Assembly (NCBI GenBank): GCA_028285305.1
Contig: JANQPV010000022.1
Coordinates: 137,322 to 201,321 of the forward strand
DNA length: 64,000 nt
Origin: Alphaproteobacteria bacterium
GTDB taxonomy: Bacteria; Pseudomonadota; Alphaproteobacteria; SMXP01
Direction of reading: 5' to 3'
Shown here: positions 26,825 through 34,792 of the stretch, piece by piece
Position numbering within the stretch: the stretch's first letter is position 1
How the letters are laid out: every line of letters starts with the position of its first letter
Notes under the pieces: generated by a model
Database searches by the model: none
What the model was told of the DNA's origin: nothing
Seen by the model: the letters and a program-made list of their open reading frames with translations, nothing else
Made by a program: the position numbers and the translations under genes

Positions 26825-29065
26825 TTAGGCCGCCGATTCCAGCGTGATCTCGTCTTCAGGTGTTGGCGCGGCGCTGGCCGCCAGTTCCGTGACGTTTAAG
26901 ATAAGAGCGACTTTGCCATTTCCCAAAACCGTGGCCGCTGAGATGCCGTGAAGGTTTCCAATTGTTTCCCGCAGGCTCTTGATGACGACCTGCTGCTGTC
27001 CCACGATGTCGTCAATTACGATCCCGACGGGGTCGCCTTCGTTTGTCTCGCATAAGACGACAAGACCTTGCGAAGCGTCATTGCAGCCTTCTTTCACACC
27101 CAGTTCGCGGGAGAGATAAACGAGCGGTACGTAGTTGCCTCTGATGCGCAACAGCTCGACACCGGACGGAGTGTTGTGCAAATCCTTTGCGACCGGGCGT
27201 ACGGTCTCGACGATACTGGTAATTGGCATGACATAGTCTTCGCCCGCGACGCGTAGAATCATGCCATCGAGGATTGCGAGCGTGAGGGGCAAAACGAGAG
27301 TCACTTCGGACCCTTGTCCCGGCGTGGATTTCAACCGAATTCGTCCGCCTAGATCTTGTATGCGCTGGCGCACAACGTCCATTCCCACGCCACGGCCAGA
27401 AACATTCGTGATGCTTTCCGCCGTCGAAAAGCCCGGCGCGAATACCAACTGGTCGAGTTCTTCCGGGGAGAGTTGGCTGTTTTCGTCGATGACGCCCTTT
27501 TCGATTGCCCTGATACGGACTTTTTCCCTATCAATGCCCTTGCCGTCATCTTTGACTTGGATGAGAATATTCTCGCCTTGATGTTCTGCAGACAGAATGA
27601 CTAAACCTTCTTCAGACTTTCCGGCTGCACTACGATCTTCCGGACTTTCGATCCCATGGTCGATGGCATTTCTGACCATGTGAGTGAGAGGATCGCTGAG
27701 TTGTTCCACTACGCTATTGTCGAGTTCGGTGCTTTCGCCTTTTGTTTCTAAGCGGACTTTTTTGCCGGTGGCAATACATACGTCCCTGACAATCCGCGGC
27801 ATTCTCCCGAATACGGATTTTACCGGATGCGCTCGAATGGACATGACGCTGTCTTGAAGGCCTCTTGTGTGCCGCTGAAGTTGCTCCAAACCCTTGAACA
27901 AACCGGCGTGTTGATCTTCGGATAAGCAGCTTGCTTCTTGAGAAAGCATCGATTGGGTAATCACAAGCTCGCCGACCATGTTTACCAAGCGGTCGATCTT
28001 TTCGAGATTGACCCGAATGAGTGCAGCTTTGGAAGATTTTTCGGACTTCGCCGCTGTTTCTTTGGTCTTGGTTTCCTTCGGGCCATTGGGTGGAGGGGTG
28101 TCCGTTTTTGGTGCTCCTTCTTTGGGTGCTTGCTCTGCCTCTTGCGGCTCCGCCTTTTGGACTGGCTCTGGGTCAGACGTGTCCTGCGATTTTTTGTGGT
28201 TTTCGCTTTTTGTCGGTGCCGCGGAGATCAGAAGTTCGCAATCGTCCAAGACGAACTCAAAGACCTCCGTTATTTCCTCAAGCGTACATTCAGTTTCTAG
28301 GCTGATTGTCCACCCAAGGTAAGACTCAGCAGGGCTTAACTCAGCAAATGCCGGAATCGAAGAGGTGTCGGCCTCCAGTGTGAGGTTCCCCATTCGGCGG
28401 AGTTCGCCGATTAAGATTCTGGGGTCATTGGCACGCTGATAAAGGCTCGCATGCGGTTTGAACGTGATGGAGTAGGTCGCGCCGTCGGCCGTTTTGTCTT
28501 CGAGGTCGATGACTGCTGCAACAGGAGTGAAATCCAATCCCAATTCATCGTCTTCTTCGGGCTCTTCGATCTTCACGGCAACAGGGGTGAAGTCCAATCC
28601 CAGTTCGTCGTCATCTTCGTCGTCGGTGTTTGCCGGGGAGATTGCTGGGGAGGCGATGTCACTTTCGCCGGGCAGTGCGCCGTGTTCGACGACGTGGTTC
28701 AGCATCGATAGAACTTGGTGCTCGTGACCCTCATCGAACTGCGCTGTTTCTTTTGCTTCGGCAACGAGGTCTTCAAGGATGTCCGTCGCGCGGAGACTCA
28801 AGTCGACCAGCTCGTCGCTTACTTCGAGCTTACCATCGCGGAGCAAATCAAATGCGTTCTCAAATGAATGAGCGAAACTCACCAAGCGGTCAAAGCCGAA
28901 GGCCCCCGCACCCCCCTTTATGGAATGAATGGCACGAAAGGCTGCGTGCAGGCATTCTGTGTCTTGTGGCTCATCCTTCAAAATGGATGTTTGCTCTTGA
29001 AGCTCTTCCAAGAGTTCTTCGCATTCGCCGAAAAATGTCTGCTTAAACTGCTCGAGCGGATCCAT
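26825..29065 (-). CDS. cheA: chemotaxis histidine kinase CheA
   Basis: Hpt FRAIHSIKGGAG, P2, IRVNLEKIDRLVNMVGELVI, HMVRNAIDHG, DDGKG, GFST..SGRGVGMDVV, C-terminal CheW domain. Confidence 0.97.
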   Translation of the reverse strand: MDPLEQFKQTFFGECEELLEELQEQTSILKDEPQDTECLHAAFRAIHSIKGGAGAFGFDRLVSFAHSFENAFDLLRDGKLEVSDELVDLSLRATDILEDLVAEAKETAQFDEGHEHQVLSMLNHVVEHGALPGESDIASPAISPANTDDEDDDELGLDFTPVAVKIEEPEEDDELGLDFTPVAAVIDLEDKTADGATYSITFKPHASLYQRANDPRILIGELRRMGNLTLEADTSSIPAFAELSPAESYLGWTISLETECTLEEITEVFEFVLDDCELLISAAPTKSENHKKSQDTSDPEPVQKAEPQEAEQAPKEGAPKTDTPPPNGPKETKTKETAAKSEKSSKAALIRVNLEKIDRLVNMVGELVITQSMLSQEASCLSEDQHAGLFKGLEQLQRHTRGLQDSVMSIRAHPVKSVFGRMPRIVRDVCIATGKKVRLETKGESTELDNSVVEQLSDPLTHMVRNAIDHGIESPEDRSAAGKSEEGLVILSAEHQGENILIQVKDDGKGIDREKVRIRAIEKGVIDENSQLSPEELDQLVFAPGFSTAESITNVSGRGVGMDVVRQRIQDLGGRIRLKSTPGQGSEVTLVLPLTLAILDGMILRVAGEDYVMPITSIVETVRPVAKDLHNTPSGVELLRIRGNYVPLVYLSRELGVKEGCNDASQGLVVLCETNEGDPVGIVIDDIVGQQQVVIKSLRETIGNLHGISAATVLGNGKVALILNVTELAASAAPTPEDEITLESAA
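28506..28619 (-). repeat. 60-bp-period tandem duplication inside the cheA P1-P2 linker (2 x DDELGLDFTPVA)
   Basis: gcaacaggagtgaaatccaatcccaattcatcgtc (28518) versus gcaacaggggtgaagtccaatcccagttcgtcgtc (28578); differences are synonymous. Confidence 0.85.
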
Positions 29066-29082
29066 GCGGTAACTCTCCCACG

Positions 29083-29454
29083 TTAGGTTGAGGGCGAAAC
29101 TTTTTCGATAACTCTCAGCAGCTTATCGGGATCAAAGGGCTTGACGATCCAGCCGGTGGCACCCGCCTGGCGTCCTTCGTTCTTCTTCTCTTCGGAACTC
29201 TCCGTCGTGAGAATAAGAATTGGCAGCGTTGCATACTCTCTTTGGGCGCGCACCTCGTGAATGAATTCGATCCCGTTCATCACTGGCATGTTTATGTCCG
29301 TGATGACTACGTCGAAAGGTTGTGTGCAGATCTTATCGAGTCCATCTTTTCCGTCGACGGCTTGGATGACCTGATGACCGGCGCCTTCAAGGGTATGGGC
29401 AAGCATATCGCGCATGGTTCGTGAATCGTCGACAGTCAGTATGCTTTGGCTCAT
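29083..29454 (-). CDS. cheY: chemotaxis response regulator CheY (CheY1-type)
   Basis: ILTVDDSRTMR, TDINMP, ILTTES, GWIVKPF. Confidence 0.93.
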   Translation of the reverse strand: MSQSILTVDDSRTMRDMLAHTLEGAGHQVIQAVDGKDGLDKICTQPFDVVITDINMPVMNGIEFIHEVRAQREYATLPILILTTESSEEKKNEGRQAGATGWIVKPFDPDKLLRVIEKVSPST

Positions 29455-29469
29455 AGTCCATTCTCGTAC

Positions 29470-29721
29470 CTAAAGTAGATCCGTACATCCCAGGTCAGAT
29501 AGAATTTGTGAAAAGCATTCACTTCTATCCGTGATTTGAAATTCGAGTTGCTTCTCGTTCGCTAGGGCTTTTGCGGCAATCAAAACTTGAATGCTTATAG
29601 GGGAGAGCGTTTCAACATTGGCAGCATTCAGCTTGATTGGTTCGCCATTGTTCAACCGATGCAGTAACTGCTGATGAAGATCGGGTGCACTCAAATGGTC
29701 CAGCGATTTGTCAAGATTCAT
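29470..29721 (-). CDS. STAS-domain protein (CheS/'CheX'-like of alphaproteobacterial che operons)
   Basis: About 83 aa, LDHLSAPDL...LNAANVETLSPISIQVLIAA...FSQILSDLG; directly upstream of cheY-cheA. Confidence 0.75.
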   Translation of the reverse strand: MNLDKSLDHLSAPDLHQQLLHRLNNGEPIKLNAANVETLSPISIQVLIAAKALANEKQLEFQITDRSECFSQILSDLGCTDLL

Positions 29722-29808
29722 TTCTGAAACACCCGAAGGTTGAAGTCGGATCGCTGCTTTTCCCCAGTTTGCGGTCCGTTGCGAAGGCCTGATCATTCGT
29801 CAGATTGA

Positions 29809-29823
29809 TTAATATCGAGTTAC
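29809..29823 (+). promoter_or_regulatory. CtrA-like binding site
   Basis: TTAA-TATCGAG-TTAC (TTAA-N7-TTAA consensus, one mismatch) between the divergent che arms. Confidence 0.45.
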
Positions 29824-29958
29824 CCGCGACTTGGACGCGGCGGCTTGGAGTCGTTCATGTGGAGCCATGATGTATCGATTTGTTAAGCCTTTTTTTGCAG
29901 AGTTTCATGGGTTTGCGGAATGTGCAGGAATGAGAAACTTTGAACTGGTGGGCCGATA

Positions 29959-30441
29959 ATGGAAGCAGTTAACGCCGTACACGAAGACGTTGCAGGACCT
30001 TTGAAGGAGGAGTCTGAAACGAGCAAATTGATTTCATTTTCGGTCGGCGACCAGGATTACTGCGTCAGCATAGAGAATGTGCGCGAAATCCGTGCTTGGA
30101 GCGAAACAACACCATTACCAAACACCGCTAAATTTGTCCGTGGTGTAATTAATTTGCGCGGCGCGATCGTACCTATTGTCGATGTAAGTGCCTGGCTGTA
30201 TGGCCGCCACACAGAGCCCAGCCCTCTTCATGTAATAATTGTCGTATCGCAGAACTCTCGACTCATCGGGCTTTTGGTGGATGCGGTTTCGGACATCTTG
30301 AACGTTACTGTCGACGAAATTGAGGATTTGCCTGATGTGGCGGGGGGCAGCGCATCTGACTATATCAGCGGCGTTGTGACTCGCAACGACACGATGATCG
30401 CGCTGGTTAATCTCGATCTTATTGGGGAGTTGACCCACTAG
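29959..30441 (+). CDS. cheW: chemotaxis coupling protein CheW
   Basis: VREIRAWSETTPLPN...VRGVINLRGAIVPIVD, GLLVDAVSDI. Confidence 0.95.
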   Translation: MEAVNAVHEDVAGPLKEESETSKLISFSVGDQDYCVSIENVREIRAWSETTPLPNTAKFVRGVINLRGAIVPIVDVSAWLYGRHTEPSPLHVIIVVSQNSRLIGLLVDAVSDILNVTVDEIEDLPDVAGGSASDYISGVVTRNDTMIALVNLDLIGELTH

Positions 30442-30480
30442 GCCGGTGTTCCGGATTCGTGTGGCCGATTCAAACTGTCA

Positions 30481-31050
30481 ATGCCATTAGATTCCAACAT
30501 CAACTCTGTCATGATCGTGGATGACCATAAGTCTGTACAATTCATTGTACGGACTATCGTTAGCTTCTTCGGTTTCAAAGAAATTCGCGAATTTACCGAT
30601 GGTGAGTCCGCCTATGAAGCGCATCTACAGAGGTCAGCGGATCTCATCATTCTCGATCTAAGAATGCCTGGACTTGACGGACTATCGTTGCTTCGAAAGA
30701 TTCGCTGGGAGTGCAAAGATAAGCGCCAAAGAGTCAAGGCGATTGTGTTGTCGGCGGTGCTCGATCGGGACACCGTCTTAAACGCGCGTGATGCAGGGGC
30801 CGATGCGCTGATAGCTAAGCCAATTACCGCACGGACGATTTGCGAGCGTGTTCTCCAAGTGATTCGTGATGAACGAGAATTTGTCGTAACTGCAGAGTAT
30901 ATCGGGCCAGATCGACGTGTGGGGTCGGCGGATCATTTGTATGATGGGCCCGAGCGGCGCGTTGATGGCGGCGGGGAGGAAGCGACTACCAGTGAAGACG
31001 GTACTGAGGGCGTAACCGATGATGATATCGATGCAATGCTCGCACAGTAG
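30481..31050 (+). CDS. CheY-like response regulator with arginine-rich c-di-GMP-binding extension (Cle-type)
   Basis: Receiver domain (VDD, LDLRMP, KP) followed by tandem YIGPDRR / YDGPERR motifs and an acidic DDDIDAML tail. Confidence 0.8.
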   Translation: MPLDSNINSVMIVDDHKSVQFIVRTIVSFFGFKEIREFTDGESAYEAHLQRSADLIILDLRMPGLDGLSLLRKIRWECKDKRQRVKAIVLSAVLDRDTVLNARDAGADALIAKPITARTICERVLQVIRDEREFVVTAEYIGPDRRVGSADHLYDGPERRVDGGGEEATTSEDGTEGVTDDDIDAMLAQ

Positions 31051-31065
31051 TTTTGTGCAGGTCTA

Positions 31066-31908
31066 ATGGGAAGTTCAGAACGCGCCATACAGCTCTCTGA
31101 TAGCGATCTCGATACGATTATTGCGTTTATGAAAGAGCAGAGCGGTGTCACGCTTACAGACAAGAAGCGCGACATGGTCTATGCGAGACTCTTGAAAAGA
31201 CTGCGTGCGCTCAATCTAGAAAGTTTTGCCGAATATTGCACTCTTATTCAATCGGATGAGGGAGCGACGGAACGAGAATTTACAATCAATGCACTGACGA
31301 CCAACTTGACCTCTCTGTTTCGCGAGGCTCATCACTTTGAGCATCTTCGCGATCACGTTTTGCGTCCGGTGGTTGACCAAAACGCCGGCCGTAGACTGAG
31401 GATCTGGTCTTCGGCATGTTCGACCGGTGAGGAGCCCTATTCGATCGCGCTCACCCTTCTCAGTCAGCTTTCAGATGTTCGAAGTTTGGACGCTAAAATC
31501 CTTGCAACAGACATTGATACAAAAGTCCTAGCCATCGCACGCTCGGGTCAGTACCAAGTTGGGGCGGTAGGTAAGATTTCGGACTGGGTCGATTGGCGGG
31601 CGTTCAGTACTCCGGTTTCAGGTGAGATCTTTCAGTTTCGGCCTACGGTTAGGAGTTTGATTACTTTTAAGCAATTGAACCTCATGTCAGCTTGGCCTAT
31701 GCGCGGCCCGTTCGATGTCATTTTCTGCCGAAACGTGCTCATCTATTTCGACAAAGGCACGCAGAAAATGCTGGTAGAGAGGTTTTCGCGTCTGCTGCGG
31801 CCGGGTGGATTTCTGTATATTGGGCATTCCGAAAATCTGACGGGCATGTCGCCGGCTCTCGAGCTGAAAGGCAAGAGCATTTACCAAAAATTGTCTAATC
31901 AGACCTAG
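31066..31908 (+). CDS. cheR: chemotaxis methyltransferase CheR
   Basis: ALTTNLTSLFREAHHF, RIWSSACSTGEEPYS, ATDID, FDVIFCRNVLIYF, GHSE. Confidence 0.96.
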   Translation: MGSSERAIQLSDSDLDTIIAFMKEQSGVTLTDKKRDMVYARLLKRLRALNLESFAEYCTLIQSDEGATEREFTINALTTNLTSLFREAHHFEHLRDHVLRPVVDQNAGRRLRIWSSACSTGEEPYSIALTLLSQLSDVRSLDAKILATDIDTKVLAIARSGQYQVGAVGKISDWVDWRAFSTPVSGEIFQFRPTVRSLITFKQLNLMSAWPMRGPFDVIFCRNVLIYFDKGTQKMLVERFSRLLRPGGFLYIGHSENLTGMSPALELKGKSIYQKLSNQT

Positions 31909-31949
31909 GCTGTCGGATACAACTCCAATTCCAATCTCTTGCGTCAGGT

Positions 31950-33038
31950 ATGGCAACAAAAATTCGAGTGCTGATTGTTGATGACTCTCGGCTTATGCGA
32001 GATATGGTTTCTGGTATGCTTTTGAGCGATCCAAGCATCGAAGTTGTCGGCACGGCTGAAGATCCCTTCGACGCACGAGAAAAGATCAAACTGCTCAATC
32101 CGGACGTGATGACACTCGATATCAATATGCCGAAGATGGATGGTATTGAGTTCCTCAAAAAGGTGATGCGGTTGCGTCCAATGCCGGTCATCATGTTTTC
32201 GACGCTGACCCAGGAGGGCGCAGATGCAACGTTGCGCGCCCTTGAAATTGGAGCGTTTGACTACGCGTCGAAGCCGACTGAAGATATTCGTCAGCACTTT
32301 GATCGTCTACGAGATACACTTGTCTCCAAAGTGAAGTCTGCTATGGGCGCGAACGTCACCCGCCGCAATGGAACTGGTGCTGCGGCCGGTTCGTTCGGCA
32401 ATGGCGCTTCTTTACTTACGCGGAGTGAGGTGATTGCTATTGGAGCGTCGACGGGTGGTGTTGAGGCCCTGCGGTCGTTAGCGCCTCGTATCCCGGCGAC
32501 AACAAAACCAATCGTCATTGTACAGCATATGCCGGAGAATTTTACCGGTCAGTTCGCGCGCCGCCTGAGTTCGATTTGCAATGCCGAAGTCAAAGAAGCA
32601 AGCGATGGTGAGCGGCTGAAGGATGGATTTGTCTATATCGCACCTGGACATTCGCATCTAACCCTCAAGGGAGCTGCCGATGGGTTCACGTGTGTTCTTG
32701 ACAAAGATGAAAAAGTATCGGGACACCGGCCTGCTGTTGACAAGCTTTTTGCGTCGGTTGCGGAGGCAGCTGGAAGGCGCGCGGCTGGAGTGATTTTGAC
32801 GGGGATGGGCCGCGATGGGGCTCAAGGGCTTATGAAAATGCGCGATGCGGGTGCTGTTACTCTAGGGCAATCGGAGGGGACGTGCTTGATTTACGGAATG
32901 CCTAAAGCTGCGGCGGACTTGGGTGCCGTTCAGTATGTGCTTCCGCTCGAAGAAATTGGCGAGCAGTTTCATGGCACTGCGGTGCGAAATCGCGTGCCCA
33001 AGCAAGGTGGTGCACGCGTTGCGGCCCGATCCGCTTAG
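31950..33038 (+). CDS. cheB: chemotaxis methylesterase CheB
   Basis: Receiver domain plus GASTGG, VQHMP, HRPAVD, LTGMGRDGA, YGMP. Confidence 0.96.
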   Translation: MATKIRVLIVDDSRLMRDMVSGMLLSDPSIEVVGTAEDPFDAREKIKLLNPDVMTLDINMPKMDGIEFLKKVMRLRPMPVIMFSTLTQEGADATLRALEIGAFDYASKPTEDIRQHFDRLRDTLVSKVKSAMGANVTRRNGTGAAAGSFGNGASLLTRSEVIAIGASTGGVEALRSLAPRIPATTKPIVIVQHMPENFTGQFARRLSSICNAEVKEASDGERLKDGFVYIAPGHSHLTLKGAADGFTCVLDKDEKVSGHRPAVDKLFASVAEAAGRRAAGVILTGMGRDGAQGLMKMRDAGAVTLGQSEGTCLIYGMPKAAADLGAVQYVLPLEEIGEQFHGTAVRNRVPKQGGARVAARSA

Positions 33039-33062
33039 AGTCGAGTAAAAAGGTGGAAACCT

Positions 33063-33452
33063 ATGCCTAGTGCAAAAAACATCAAGATGCTGATTGTGGA
33101 TGATCAAAAATCGATGCTTGAGCTGACGAAATACAGCTTGAACCAATTGGGTGTCGATCAAGTGTTTGAGGCCAAGAGTGCCGAACAAGCCCTAGAGATG
33201 CTTGAGGAGACGGAGGTCCATCTCATCATCTCCGATGTGAATATGGAGGGGATGAGCGGGGTAGATTTTCTTAAACATGTGCGCCGTGATGCGAAACTGA
33301 AAGATCTGCCCTTTGTGTTGGCGTCGGGCGTACAAGACCGGGATCTTGTGAAGTCTGCGATTGAAGCGGGTGTAAACAACTATATCACTAAACCGTTCAA
33401 CGTTGCGACCTTGAAGAAGAAGCTCGAGGCTGTTGTAGGCGAATTGCAATAG
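33063..33452 (+). CDS. cheY: chemotaxis response regulator CheY (CheY2-type)
   Basis: MPSAKNIKMLIVDDQKSM, ISDVNM, GVNNYITKPF. Confidence 0.9.
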   Translation: MPSAKNIKMLIVDDQKSMLELTKYSLNQLGVDQVFEAKSAEQALEMLEETEVHLIISDVNMEGMSGVDFLKHVRRDAKLKDLPFVLASGVQDRDLVKSAIEAGVNNYITKPFNVATLKKKLEAVVGELQ

Positions 33453-33489
33453 AGTCCTGTTTTGATCTCTATAGAGACTTTGCTTTTAC

Positions 33490-33912
33490 CTAGAAGAAGG
33501 TTACGTCCTCTTCGATGGGTGTTTTAGATTCCGGCTTAAGACTGATCTCAAAACGATCCGCTGCCGCGGCGAGAATTTCTTCTAGACCGACATTTTTTTC
33601 AATCTGACCGTAGAGCTCACTTAAGAAAACAGACTTTGTCCTTTGTTCGTCAGATTGGTGACCGCTTTGAGCAAGATCACAGATCAATCTGCAGATGAGG
33701 ACAAGACTTTCATAGCGTTGAGTGAGACGATCGGCCGATTGAAGCGCGGCAATGGTCGCGGTGAGTTTGTCAATGTCCGTGTTTTGGGTGCGCGGGGTAT
33801 TGAGAAAATCCTCGCGCAAGGCATCCGACATTTCGTCGGTGATCTTGCCGCTTTTTTCGATTTCCGCAGAGAGAAACGAGATAAGCGTTTTGAGCAATTC
33901 TGCGGAACTCAT
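33490..33912 (-). CDS. CheT/CheU-like small chemotaxis protein (CheZ-like DxxxQ motif)
   Basis: Helical protein with LQSADRLTQ and C-terminal EEDVTFF; lies within the che cluster. Confidence 0.6.
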   Translation of the reverse strand: MSSAELLKTLISFLSAEIEKSGKITDEMSDALREDFLNTPRTQNTDIDKLTATIAALQSADRLTQRYESLVLICRLICDLAQSGHQSDEQRTKSVFLSELYGQIEKNVGLEEILAAAADRFEISLKPESKTPIEEDVTFF

Positions 33913-33944
33913 ACCTGACGGAAATCCAACTCTTACGGACAACT

Positions 33945-33959
33945 TCAAACTACCGTTAA
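33945..33959. promoter_or_regulatory. CtrA-like binding site between the divergent cheT-like gene and cheD
   Basis: TCAA-ACTACCG-TTAA (one mismatch to TTAA-N7-TTAA). Confidence 0.4.
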
Positions 33960-34069
33960 TAGCGGTAAAGCATTTTTGTTTCCTTAAGACCCGCCCGGTA
34001 ACTTTTGCGCAGCAGGTGCACGCAAAACTGCATTGACTATCAGGCAATCTGGGGCATTCATCACGACTT

Positions 34070-34645
34070 ATGCGATCTTATGTAGACCCGCGTACCGGAA
34101 ATACGATCACCACAATTTTTCAAAGCGAGTATCACGTTACCGCAGCCCCCGGTGAAGTGATCTCGACGATACTCGGATCATGTATTGCCGTTTGTTTGCG
34201 GGACCCAGAGGCGGGCGTGGGCGGCATGAATCATTTTCTGCTGCCGGGAGACATGACTACGAACGCGGACGCAGTGGGCGGTCAAGCCATGCGCTTTGGC
34301 TGCTTTTCGATGGAGCAATTGGTTAACGGACTTTTAAGCTTTGGGGGGCGACGCGAGTGCTTGGAAGCCAAGGTGTTCGGCGGGGGGAACGTCAGTCAAG
34401 CGAGCTTGGATATCGGCAAACGTAACGCGGAGTTTGCGATTGACTTTTTGAGGCGGGAGCGGTTGAAGCTCGCGGCGTCTGACGTTGGCGGCTATTGTGC
34501 GCGGCGGCTCAAGTATGATCCGATCGGTGGCCGGGTGAAGCTGAAGCGGGTCGACATGGAACATTCAGTCGAAGTCTTTGCTCAAGAAAAACGGGTCAAG
34601 CCGGAAGCGCTCAAACAGAACGACGATATCGAGTTATTCGGATAG
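34070..34645 (+). CDS. cheD: chemoreceptor glutamine deamidase CheD
   Basis: TILGSCIAVCLRD, GGMNHFLLP, AKVFGG, IGKRN, DVGG. Confidence 0.95.
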   Translation: MRSYVDPRTGNTITTIFQSEYHVTAAPGEVISTILGSCIAVCLRDPEAGVGGMNHFLLPGDMTTNADAVGGQAMRFGCFSMEQLVNGLLSFGGRRECLEAKVFGGGNVSQASLDIGKRNAEFAIDFLRRERLKLAASDVGGYCARRLKYDPIGGRVKLKRVDMEHSVEVFAQEKRVKPEALKQNDDIELFG

Positions 34646-34792
34646 TCGTCATACACCAGCGCTACCCACTCAATCACATCTCCGACTGTCCGGCCATGAG
34701 GCCGGTTAGCGGATACTTTACCCTTTGCTTTTAGGTTAACGTCGCATTTCTGCGCGTTGCGCGGCCTTATTTGTTTCTGTGGGGATTACACA

